A stretch of 64,000 bases of DNA from Ptychomitrium polyphyllum (lineage: Eukaryota): assembly GCA_973851085.1 (NCBI GenBank), contig OZ316776.1:15810001-15874000 (forward strand), in the 5' to 3' direction. Shown here in pieces: positions 51,701-64,000 of this stretch. Numbering within the stretch: the first letter of the stretch is position 1; each line of letters opens with the position of its first letter. The notes beneath the pieces are model-generated. The model searched no databases, was not told where the DNA came from, and saw nothing but the letters and a program-made list of their open reading frames with translations. A program made the position numbers and the translations under genes.

Positions 51701-54160
51701 CCACATCGCCAAGATTCTCAAGATAGAAAGAAACATTAAGAAGACACTCAATCTACAAGTCCTGAGATATAGAAGGGCATTAACATCCAAGAAAAAATTA
51801 AGGTTAATCATCCTCATACTAATTACGAAACTTTGTTCAACTATGGAATCATCAATTCATAAGTACTTCTGAGGGTCTCATCTGTCATGAGATGTAATTA
51901 TACAATGCGGTTCAACAGTACATCAGATACACGTTGTGCTCATGAAACGAGCTTCATGAGTTTTAGTAGGGCAGCAGAATATGATATTTGCGAACTTAAA
52001 GACAACATTTGATAATGAAAGTTTCAACTGGTTGTCGGTGTACGCTATGTAACTGGTCTAGGACACAACAGCCTACCTGCAAACCAGCGGGCTCCTCCTG
52101 TCCCTCAGCCACTTTCTTCTTTGTAATCTCCTTGGGTTCAACAAGATGCACATCGTCAGCTCAATAGTCGTCAGGAGTGCTACCCTTGGGTCATTCTCAG
52201 GACTTTTTGTTGGCCCCACTCCTCGACTCGCATCGACATTATAGTATCTTACAAAGCCCGCAAAGGGTACAGCTTGTCTAGACAGGAGAGGGGAATTTCG
52301 TCCCCAGCTCTTGCACTCTTTTACTCTTTTGTTACAATGCCTGCCATAGCTGTAATTCTCTGAAGCCCCAAACGCAATTATCTGCACCCACACAACGTCC
52401 GTTGGCAAACCCTGTAGGATTACCAGTGTCTAGATAATCCTAGCTAGGAAGGAAATCTCTAAATCACAGTGCAACTTCTAAACCTCAAGCAAAGAGCAAA
52501 ACCTTAGAAGTTCAAAAGTGACCAATACCAAGTTCTCAAACTCAAAAATCACCTATTTGTCAGTCCTGGTACGTAGTTACAAAGCCACAAAAAAGTACTT
52601 CAAATCTTACAACAATCATTCCATATGGAGATGCTCACAAGCCCATTCCACCTTTTATAATATAAATACTACGCTACTTTACACCCAACTCCCCGACAAG
52701 ACCTAAAATGACCTAAACCCTAAATCACCCACTTACGCAAATTGAGTGAAGAAAACTTTAAATCTTTCACTGTACAATCAACCACCACAAACAAACATAT
52801 TGGGCAAATTCTGCACAGTATCTACCCACATACAAGGTTGCAAAACATAACCCGGTTCACAAAAATCACACAGCAAAGATACTGATTTCATACAGCTTTT
52901 TACATATAGGTTTACAAGAAAAATTACTTTCTTAAGGTGAGATTCACTAGTACTAAGCCTTCTTACACGAGTGGTCCTCCTCTCGATACTACAGTGTACA
53001 TTTTAACAAAATGCAAATGGTATAAGTGTGAAGAAGAATGTAAACAGGATTGGTGCTGATGGTTGGCACTGGAGAAGCGAATACGATCGTGGAGAACGGC
53101 ACCCGGCGACAGGAGTGTGACATTTGGACGGCCACATGTCACCAATATGGAAGTGAACAAGTGGCAGCAGATGGTGGGCCCAACCCAAAGGGCAGAGCAT
53201 AGATGGACGAGGAATTTCGCATCTGTCATCGTGTCCATGGCGGTACAACGGACAAGAAATTCTCTCGTTCGCATTCAGAGTGCTAGCTTTTTGCAATAGT
53301 TTGGAATAGAGTAACTACTATTTCCAAGTTTGTTTACAATGGCTAAATGGGTCCCATGAAGTTTTCGATAAATGACATGTACAGTAGTTTTCTCTAACTG
53401 ATGAGAAAGGCTAACAATTGTTATCTTTTCAACTTCACGACAGCAGCTGGAATCCTTCAGTATCGTAATTGCATCATAGTAACTGTCGAGGTCCTTTTTG
53501 TCATCAACAGTTGTTTAGAGACGGGGCCAGTGATAAGGTATCAGATAAGCGTGCAACGGCAACGGAAGGATAGGAAGCGGAAGGAACAGACAACGTTCCC
53601 GCAAGGGCTTCCTCTCTCGTTGTTCTACTGCGTTTGCTCTCACTTGCTCTACTCTTTCAAAATAAGGACTACAAGCTTTCTTAACACGGAAATCCTGAAA
53701 AGTGTAGAAGCACTAGAAAACAAGCACATATGTTAACTCAAAACTTTTGAAAGCGAGATGAGGATCACAACATTACCTTCAGGAGCGACAGAAGTGTACA
53801 CCAGGCACAACACAAACATCCTAATTTGATCAAGAAGGTATACATTGAACTTACTCAAGAGGGTTCACATTAAGAAGGAAGTTCCCAGCTCGACCCATTT
53901 GTGGATAGTACCGTAATCAAATCAAGTTTACGAGCGAGAACTTATGTGGGAGAATGTACAGCTGACTCAGAGAAAGGACAGGGTAGAAACGTAGAAACCA
54001 TATAGTAATTAGAACCAAGCAAAATGAATAATGATAGAACCGAAGAGAACACCGTAAGCTGTGTCTCTTGCAAAACATTTGATAAAAACTGGAACGGTAC
54101 TGAGAAAGCAGCATGACTCTTTCGCAAGTATAAAACGCACTACTTAATAATCGGGTTCCA

Positions 54161-54708
54161 TTAACTTCTCTGTGCTATCCATGTGCCGGCAGTTATCACT
54201 CAAGGAGGGAAAAAATCATACAAACTCCTCGCCGGACTACAAAGTACCGGTAAGCTATATATTCCTGTACGTAAAAACTACGACTCTTTCTTGTGGTAGA
54301 TTCCTCATGGCTGCCAAGCCTCTCACAGTCGTCATCATACTCTGCAAAGCGTCGTCGCCCACACGTCAATTTTCAGTCCTCGGCACAAAAACCGAGATCA
54401 AATCAAGAAATTCATTAGCTGAAGGGAAAGCAGGAGAAAGGGGACCCAACGTCACCAAATCAATAGAATTGGAACCGGGGACTACCTGTGATGGAATGTA
54501 GCAGTGTCGCAGTGTCGCCATCTTCAAGCATTCTCTTCGCCATCACCCTGCACTGGGAGCTGCGCAGGGGCCATCACAGGCATGACCATTGCTTGAGCAG
54601 CAGCAGGAGGGAAAAACAGATCGAGATACTCCACCTCGAAAGGCAACAACAGGAGGCTCCAGTGCAGAGGCAGATGCTCATCCAGCTCCCGCAGCAGGCA
54701 CGCCCCAT
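54161..54708 (-). pseudogene. Candidate small secreted peptide precursor (phytosulfokine-like), probably disabled
   Basis: ATG at 54708; hydrophobic stretch FSLLLLL; SQCRVMAKRMLEDG...HSIT|gtagt at 54486; exon 54341-54248 reads EYDDDCERLGSHEESTTRKSRSFYVQEYIAY. One in-frame TGA in the unspliced first exon. Confidence 0.35.
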
Positions 54709-57700
54709 CCGAAGGATTAGTCATCATCGTGCAGTCACTCGCCGCACACAAGATCGACGGCCACTCAAGCACTCTCGCACTAGTAAAGTACCACATTAAT
54801 GACTCGAGGGCAACTATGTATGCTATGCCTGCATTGAATACATCCTGTGCTGGACATGCTGCAATGATTCTCCGACCATTTAACGGTGCACAAATATAGG
54901 AAGGTCGAGAGCAAGCAAACGTCCACCATAGGCGATTGCACGTGGTGGGGACCGGGCCCGTGAAGTCTTCACTGGGTCTTGGGAGCTGACTACAATTTCC
55001 AAGCGTCAGCGTGGCTGTTGGCGCGTTTCGGGTGAGGAAGCGGTTCACGAAAAGTCACAAGGACGCGAGGGGCTTCCCATTGATTTTATATAAGATTCGT
55101 CAAGAATATAGTGCTGGATGTATATTTGTGATAGGTACTCAAAAATTGATCTAAGGCTTAGAAAATTATACATTTACTATATATTATATCAAATCTCCTT
55201 ATATAGATTATTACCTTATATTTATCTTATAAATGCATGCACAATATTCTTTTGCAAAAAGAGTTTACAAAATTCCATTCATGAGGTAGACATTGCATTT
55301 TTGTAATCCTTGTGGAAGTAGTTTCTATAAAATTTTAAAACCCCACTTTCTCTCCATTGTATGCTTGTGTATTGATCTTAACAAAAGAATGATTGTTATT
55401 GCTTGAAATTATATATTGATAATTGGAGTAGTCTTCAACAACATTTGTATCCTACTTGTGTTGTTAATAAGTATTTTCTATTATAGACTTTCAATCTCAA
55501 GTTTCTAGACATGATTTTGTATTTATAATAAATCTTTCAAAGATTGTTTATTTCTTGCTCTGATTTACATTCCATTTACCTTTCTTTAATTGAATTTCTA
55601 TCCAAAACATTGAATACCTACTCCAATTTACATTCTATATATTCTATCTATGTATTATGTGCTAATATACTACTCAATCTATGAAATGTGACCAAATGGA
55701 ATAATTTCAAAGAGGTAAACAATATTCAAAAGTAATCATGTTCATTAAAGCATTCATAACACTATGCATTATGTTCTCAAGGAATCATTAGTACCTTCAT
55801 AAATTATTTACTTTCTTAAATGAAAATATTTTACAACTTAATAATTAACTTCAATGGAATGCATTTGAAGCCAAAGTACATATTTGGATGTTAGGATTAT
55901 TTCAAAAATGCATCCAATATTATAATTCAAAAGGTTTTGTAATATATAAGAAAGACATTCAATTAGATTCATATTAAAAGTATCAAGTTGAGGTATATAT
56001 TAAAATTAAACAATATACTAATGAAAGTACTTAAATACTTCTTATTAATAAAATGCTTAAGAATATTATTTTATAAAGATGTAGTCTATCTCTAATGAAA
56101 TTGTGATTTAATTCAAAGGTTATAAATCATTGAAAATAAAGTTTATAGTTGGGTTTTGTAGGGCATCAATTTGGAGAACAAAACAATTTGAATATATGGA
56201 ATTCATTATATTAAATAAATTTGTGTTTGATTTTAGGTTTTATTCTAAATTTATCAATTTGAGTTTCATTTTGTTGAATCTAAGATACATTTATTGGTGT
56301 AATGTTGAAATTGAAGAAGAAATATAAGATGGTTTGCCCATGTTTTGAAGGTTTAAAAACTTATGGAAAATAGAGGACAATCGAAAAGGCATTGATATTT
56401 TTTTTAAAAGAATTGTGCGCCAAATCTTCTTTTCAAGATAACAAAATTTTAGCATTCAAAAAAATCAATCTTATTTTAAGATATTCAAAGTTTATGTAAT
56501 AGCTCTAAAATATTTAATTGCAGTCAAATTTTTTATTCCAAATTCCATAATTATATAACAAAATAAATTTTAATTGCAACTTAAGAACAATACAACAAAG
56601 ATTGATAATTTCAAGAAAAAGATTTGCTGTCAAATTATTACGGATAGAATAATAACAAGGCAAGACTTGAAGATTCCAAAACTTTAGGTTGTGGAATAAG
56701 ATGTTTACAAGATATATTAGAAGCAAAGAGCTATAATAAGTTATAAAAGACATGACTAGAAGGTCTGAGCTAGACAACAAGAAATGCGTTGTCAAAATTG
56801 AAGATCTTTTCAACCTTGACCCCAATATATACTAGAACAACAAGCTTTGCAAGCTTCTTAAGAAGCTTGCAATACAATGCTTTATATTCAAGCAATCTTA
56901 TGGTACTTCCTTAGAAGCTTTTTTAGCCAAAGTAATTTCTTTGGAAGTTTCTTTGGCCTTCTTACATCTTCTAAGTACTTTTCTAAAAGCTTCTAATATA
57001 TATGTTTGTGACATCACCTCCCTTTCTAGCTTTGAGGTATTTAAAGAATATGTTGAAGTGTATAGAAATATAGGAAGTTCAAATTTATTGCATAGTGTGT
57101 GTAATGTACTCAAATTGCCTTTCACAATTCAAATGATTCATGAGTCCTTGCAACCATTGATTGTAATCAACGCCTTCAACTTAATACCAGACATAAGCTT
57201 TTGGTTGTAAAAGCATCCTTCAAATACTACTTTTAAATGATCCTCATAAGCAAGTTCACTTAAAAGACAATCACCAACAACTTATTATTAGGTATCCTTC
57301 AACGTCTTCTTGGTCCAATTTGTTCTTTGTCTCAAGGTCATCAACGCAAGCTACTTGGTTGGATTGACATCAATGACATGATATTAGCATTTTGACTGTC
57401 CATATTTAATACATTATACTAATCTCAAGGAACAATGGTAAACTCAAAATATAAAGAATTAGACTCTATATCATGTATGGAACTTATGTTCTAGAAATTA
57501 TTTTTTTCCTTTCTAAAAAGTTTAAGAATCAAAAGTCTTCAAGGCTACTTGATACTATCAAGCCATTGTTCTTTGTGTTGATATTTTTGATTTGCATGGA
57601 TGTTATTGATGGAATTCACAAATTTTCATTGATGAATTTGCAAGATTATCAGCAGACTCCTATGTGCATTCACGGATATCATACCCGCAACAATGGATAA

Positions 57701-59106
57701 AATATTCCAAATTTTTACATTTTAGCCATCAATCAAGCACTTTTTGAACTATGAAATTTATAATGATTGTCAATTTTACCAAAGGTGGTAAGAATTGTCT
57801 TTATGCAAGGATAGACAACTCCTTTTAGGCTTCTAAATATAAAATATAAAAGATTGGATGTACCTTCATTGATGCTAGTAGCTCCAAACTATACACCACG
57901 TGGTTTACTTGTTTTTGAATTGCAAATGGTTCCAACTTCTGATAGTCCAAGTTGTTATATGGCCTATTGGTCTTTATGTTGCGTCAAAAGAGCCATACCT
58001 TCTCATCAACTTTAAATGGAGGTTGTTTTTTTTTTGTTGCATTTGCTACTGGTTTACATTATTTTTAAGCTTTCTCTAATTGAGCCTTCATGGTTGCTTA
58101 AAGCTCTGCCATCCTTGTAACAAATCTTTCTATTGTTAGATTTTCAAATGGTAGCGATTGTAACATATACATCTTTGGATGATGTCCATAGTTGGAATAG
58201 GAGGGCATTTATTGGGTAAAATAATGAGCGGTATTGTTATAGGCAACCTCAACTAATATCAAGTAAGAAGCCTAATCATCTTATTGATAGTTGATGGTAC
58301 ACCTCAAGTATCGCTCAAAAATTTGGATGACTTGCTATGTTTGGCAATCCGTCTTAAGATGGAAGGCAAAAGAGAGTTTGATGTCCACCTTAAGGTTCTC
58401 AGAGAATGATTTCTAGAACCTTGATACAAATTATGGGCCTCAATTTGATATAATATTGTCGGGTAGTCAATGATATTAATAAACATTATCCATAAAGAGT
58501 TCAACAATCAATTTGTTTGTAATTGTTTACTTGTAAGGTATAAAATATCTCATCTTGGTCAATTGGTCTACCACTATAAAGATAAGACATAAAACATTAA
58601 AGATTCTAATGGTTTATAAATACAATTACTGGATGCGTAGCACCCTTGACCAAATGGTGCTATTCTTAATAGGAATTTATAATTACAAGGAGTTCTTTGT
58701 CATGGATCTCATCGTTGAATTTTGTGGCAAGTTTTTTTTGGAATGGAATACAATCAGGTGGAATATCTTCTTCTTATGACAAAACTGCTTCTAATGCAAA
58801 GTTAGAAGCACAAGTCTCTATATAAATGGCTTTGAAAAGTCCCGACGGATAAAAATAAGAGTTATAGTAAAAGCTGTAATAAAAGCTTGCTTAAAATTTT
58901 GGAATATATTCTTGGCATTTGATCTTCATCCAAGCTTTTCTTTGCATGTTAAACACATGAATGGTATAGTTGTTTGAAAACAGTCTTGATGAAGATCCTT
59001 TAAAAGTTTGCAAATCTAAGAAAGCATTGGACATCACATACTAATTTTGGCCTTGTTCAATTATTGATTGCTTTGACCTTCTTTGGATCCATCAATAATC
59101 CTTTTT

Positions 59107-59168
59107 TTGAGATGATTTAGCCAAGGAATTCCACTTGAGATGATTTAGCCAAGGAATTCCACTTGAGA
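59107..59168 (+). repeat. Perfect 28-bp tandem duplication inside decayed RT
   Basis: ttgagatgatttagccaaggaattccac x2, then ttgaga. Confidence 0.9.
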
Positions 59169-60619
59169 CTCGTGAAAGATACATTTCTCCAGCTTGGCAT
59201 ACAAGCCAGCATTTCATAGATTTTGTAGGACTATGCAAACATATCATGCATGCTTTTCTAGGATCTTTGAGTAAGTCAAAATATTATCCAAATAGCATAC
59301 AACAATTTCATTGATATACTTACAAAATATTTCATTCATCAAATATTAAAAAATGGCGGATGCATTGATAAGTTCAAAAAGCATGACATTGTATTCAACA
59401 TGCTAATACGTTATTTAAAATGTTGTTTTCCATTCTTCTTCTTCTTTGATACGCACCAAGCTATATGCCTCTGTAGATCTATTTTGTTATAGATTTTTTT
59501 TTGGTCAAATTAATCAAGAAATTTGGTTATAAGCGGCAATGAATATTGATTCTTTATTATTATTATATTGAGGCCGCAATAATCATTGCACATTTGTAAA
59601 GATCCATTATTATTTTTTTGAACAAATATTAGGATATTGGTAGGAGACTTTGAACATTAAATGAAGTTCTTGGCTAAATTTTCATCAATATACTTTCTCA
59701 ATGCTAAAAGCTAGTTTTTGAAAAAATTATAGATAGGTCCATATTGATTGAACGCCATCTTAGAAATCAATGGTACAATCATAGGGACAATCTAGTAGAG
59801 TAGTGCATTTTTTTTTAAAACATATCTTGGAGCTTCTTATATATTATTAGAATAGTCAATGATGAAGCCACGTCTTTGGACAATGAAATTGCATAAAGAG
59901 CAAAAAAAAGTGTTATACTTGGTTCCTCTCACATATGCTCTATTTTCAAAAAAAAGAAATGCTATATGATCTTAGATCTATGATATACATGAGTTTCTTT
60001 TTTATGCTTAGTAACTATAGGTTCTAATATTAAAAATTCTACTTTACGGTCTCATGGTGAAAGTAGTTACTATAAGAAATACTAGAACTTTTTTTGCATC
60101 TAATTAATCAAGTGCAAGGTTTTAATAACTTTTCTTTTTATAGTAGAATTTATAACTTGCAATTTATTATTATCTATTTTTATATTTTTAATTTCTACCT
60201 CTCAATTCTTCTTTCTTCTATCTTTAAAAGATCCCAATCTTTATCAATAATTTTTATTTTTATTTTCTTAAAACCCAAATCATATTTTCTCCTATATCTT
60301 CAAGCTCTATGGTCCTATGCTTTAAGGTTTTAAAAACATAAGCAAAAGACTTTGTAAATACAATCCTCAAAATCTTGTTATTGTAGTCTAATTAATTGTC
60401 AATACCATGTCTTCAAAAATCTCACTATTTTTGCCATAGCTCTTAAATCCCCTTACTTCATTATTCTATAATTCATTTTCCAACATCAAATATAAACTTC
60501 AAACTTTATCCATATATTATATATCTTACAATAAATACTTCACCAAAATATCAATCTTAAAAACCCCTCCAATCATCTCCAATGGTTTAAAACGTGGAAC
60601 TTTAAATTTTGCTATGTAC

Positions 60620-61171
60620 TGTTAGGGACATAAGAAACAAGAAGCAAAAACGAAGTGTTTTCCAAGAATTAGCTTCCAAAGAGCTAATGATTAACAAGAA
60701 CTTGATACAAAGACTAGAACAAGGGAGGATTCAAGATGATCCACAACTTGTGTTGGCAAGACTAAAGAATACCTTCTCTTGCCTCCTATTTATACTATGA
60801 CGTTTGTATCTCCTAGGATACTTCTAAAGAAGCTTCCTACAAGGCTTAAGAATGTTTTGGAAGTCTAGGGAACCTTCCCAAGAAGTTTCCTAAGATGTTG
60901 GAACCTTCCTAAGAAGCTTCCAAGGAATTGGAATCTTCCTTGGAAGTTTCCTAAGGTAGCGGAACCTTCTAAGGAAGTTTCTTAAAGAGGTAGAACCTTC
61001 CTAGGAAGTTTCTTAAAATGATGGAATCTTTGTAGGAACTTTCCTAAGAAGCTTTCTAAGAACATGGAAAGACTATGGAAACATCTAAAAGTATTCTAAG
61101 AAGCTATTATAGTATACTAGAAGGTTCTAGAATGTTCTAAGGACTATGTTGCATGATTAATGTCCGTGACG
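60620..61171. mobile_element. Solo LTR with perfect 5-bp target-site duplication TGTAC
   Basis: tgtac|TGTTAGGGACA...TGTCCGTGACG|tgtac. Termini are imperfect inverted repeats with terminal CA changed to CG. Internal ~31-bp tandem units. Confidence 0.9.
61119..61138. promoter_or_regulatory. Perfect 4-pentamer heat-shock element within solo LTR
   Basis: aGAAg gTTCt aGAAt gTTCt matches nGAAn-nTTCn-nGAAn-nTTCn. Confidence 0.6.
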
Positions 61172-64000
61172 TGTACTATTTTCAAACAACTGTTTTTTTT
61201 TTCTTTATATTTTCTATTGTAAAAAATTATCATTATCAAAATTTCTATACCATCATTTAAAAATTGTCAAAATATTATTTCACTATTTTTATTATCAAAA
61301 ATCATTTCTACAAAAAATTATAAGTATTTAAAGTAGAACTCTAAGATAATTGACTCAACTATTTTCAAATTGTTGTTATGGTTACATATTAATTCCAAAT
61401 GGAACGTGTAAGGGTTTTTTGAAAAGCTTAAAAGAAAAAAAAAAAACTCAATAAAATTTTATTCAAACTAAAAGGTGTACAATGCAATATTATCAAAGAA
61501 CAATTGATTTCTTATTCAAATAGAAGAGGCCAAAAAATAAGAAGAGAGCGGTGGTTAAACCACTACATCCGCCCTTTATCACTTTACATCAGCTTTATCT
61601 CTCCACATCAACCTCTATTCTTATTTATCAAGCCTTTATCTAACCATATCTTTAAATAAAAAGAACCATATTTTTATTTTATTTTATTTTATTTTATTTT
61701 TTCTTTTGAATTTCTATATTCAATTACAAAAGAAGATAAAATCAACCTTCACAAATTTAAAATAGGAAATAAAATAAATTTTTTTTAAAAAGTAGAGAAA
61801 AAATTGGAATTCAATAAGAAACAAGTTAAAAATAATGTCATCATCAAGGCAGAATTAGACACCAAATCATAAACTTTATTGACTAAATAGTTTTACCTGC
61901 TGAACTAGTCCAAGTTCAATTTTTATTGAATTTATTGAGTAGAACAACAATACTTGACTTATTACAATTAGTGAGAATGGCAAGCAAGAAAATATTATAA
62001 TTAATTGATTTATTCACCCAAAGCTAAAACAAGATATTGTTCCACTTCCAAGACAAATAAAAATTATAGTTTTATCATAACTATTTTTATTCAATTTATT
62101 TATTTTTTCTAATACTCCTTTTGAAATACAATAAATCAATTTCTACAAAATTAAAAATATTAGTTAAGTTTTTAATTGTACAACTGGATACATCACAACA
62201 ATAGAATGCTTAATTTATATGCAAGTAATATGTTTTCAGTCAAGAAAACTTTAGAATGATGGAATTTTATGGAAATTTAATAATATTAAATATCATTTGG
62301 CTATTATGGTTATTCAATGTTACTTTTAATGAAGTGATTTTATGAATAATATCTCCAAGAGGATAAAGGTTAGCCATCTATGATTTCTACATGATAATAC
62401 TTATGGATGTTCAAAAAACATTTGTCAACAAAATAAGCAAAGGCTCACAAATCTAATAGAGCAAGGCTTTTGAACTTTTGAACATTCAAACTAGTAGGTA
62501 TAAAAAAAAATTTAAAAAAACTAAACCATTAAAATATGACATTCTTTTTTCTTGCAATGAAAGACATGTTTGTTTTTCTGCAAAGCATTTGGCGCTATAG
62601 TTGTATCCCTCATCTGAAATATATAAGGATTTTTTGGATTAATTATCAACTTTAGATTAGATTTTCCATTGTACAAACACTAGTCTTATTTTCTTTGACA
62701 TTTTTTATATGTTTAATAAGGGGCTAGAAGCAAATCACATCTATTTGGATGGCCTCAATTTGCAAATACTTATTGGAAGTAAACAAGACCAAGGCTACCA
62801 AGAAGCAAGTATATGGCTGTGGCGTAATCAAAGCTTGTATAACTTGTCGACGTTGAAATAAAGTGTTATTGCACTTTAAAGCTTGGCTTATGGTGCCATA
62901 AAATATCTAGAGATTTAACATAGACAACAACAAATCTTTACCTTTGTCACGTACACTCCAATAAAATTAACTCATCATAGGTTCTTTATCCTAATTGATG
63001 TCGCATATAAGTTTGTCAAAATTCCAATGCATAAATAAGACATCAAATGTGGCTTTTTGGGCAATGAGAAATCTTAGTGGTTGCATAACAAAGCTTGTCA
63101 TGGTCACCAATTGCTTTTGCAAACGTGGCTAGGAACGCATCAAAGTTGCAAAATATGGAAGAATTTTTCTCAAAAAGTGATGAAAATCAAAACAATGTTC
63201 GTCTTAAGAGCAACGTTTGCACCAAATCAACGCGTGAAGCATCCATAAGATATTGTCAAGGTTGAAGCAACGTAACAAATTGAACTTAGTTTACAAAACG
63301 TCAAAATTTTGAAAGCCTATTGTCAAACTTCTCTAAAATGCTGATTCTTGGTTCTTTTGTTGTTAACATTGAATTGTCAGCTTAAATTTGAACATCTTCT
63401 ACTAAAACAAGTCTAGACAATAGAGCACCTAGGAAAACTTGGGATAGCAAGTGGGATGCTTCTACTCCTTAGCTACCATATATGGTCAAATAAGGTTTTT
63501 TATTTTATTTGAATAAAGTCTTGATCTTGATCTTCAACGCTTCAAGGGCATTTATAATTGGATTTAATTTGGCTTCTTTAGAATCCATCATATTGACATT
63601 TTCACCTCTTGACATGGAAACAAAATAAATAAAAATTAATACTACTAAATAATCCAAAAAAAAATAAGGAAAATTTAAAATGCAATATTTGTCTAAAAAG
63701 ATTATCTGCAATTTTTAGAGCAATATAGTACTTCCAAGAAGAAGGATGATCTACTTTTTCATCAAAATAGAATAAGTTGTGATATTGTTATATGATACTT
63801 TCAACAAATTGTTATAAATAGAATAACAACAAGGCAAGGCTTCAAGACTTTAAGACTATAGGATGTAAAATAAGATTTTTCAATGTATATTAAAAGCAAT
63901 AAGGTATAATAAAGTACAAAGACAAGATTATAAAGTTTGAGTTAGACTACAAGAAATGTATTGTTAAGACTAAAAATTTCTTCAGCCTTAATTCCAATAT

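Larger units (their letters stand above)
56575..64000 (-). mobile_element. Old decayed Ty3/gypsy element with nested insertions; 5' LTR runs off window end
   Basis: LTR copies at ~56575-57013 (ends tgtgaca, followed by PPT complement tcacctcccttt) and ~63790->64000 are diverged direct repeats. RT remnants VCYLDNI and GLYAKLEKC at ~59180-59300. Gag remnant ASRVDLVQTLL...FDAFLATFAKAIGDHDK at ~63090-63240. Confidence 0.8.

Noticed and set aside
51600..51872. ORF MWKIVSITLHDLDNHIAK as a host gene
   Set aside because: Weakly resembles a retrotransposon gag C-terminal segment (FLKVLP..MW..V) and is too short and broken to call.
54548..54676. miRNA-like hairpin (ctgcactgggagc / gctccagtgcag)
   Set aside because: Only about 12 bp pair with a bulge, and it matches no plant miRNA I recognise.

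Overview
Eukaryotic land-plant nuclear DNA. Gene style, GT-AG introns and the LTR families present suggest a moss such as Physcomitrium; this is inferred, not proven. Three intact genes are visible: CHUP1 (- strand, 8 exons, 3' end runs off the window), an intronless F-box protein (-), and a 7-exon cobalamin-independent methionine synthase (METE/MS, +, 761 aa) inside a sharply bounded GC-rich, G/T-skewed island. The rest is a transposon and pseudogene mosaic. It includes one near-complete Ty3/gypsy chromovirus (21646-29389), two decayed gypsy elements, solo LTRs (one with a perfect 5-bp TSD and a perfect 4-unit heat-shock element), a fold-back TIR element and Helitron-like relics. Broken genes include RPS29, a thaumatin-like protein, LRR/NB-ARC fragments and a candidate phytosulfokine-like peptide precursor. 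The most interesting leads are the PSK-like precursor relic, the METE GC/G-skew island, a young in-frame 18-bp minisatellite arising inside a dead reverse transcriptase, and the HSE array in an LTR. No clear-cut new multi-gene system could be established from sequence alone.
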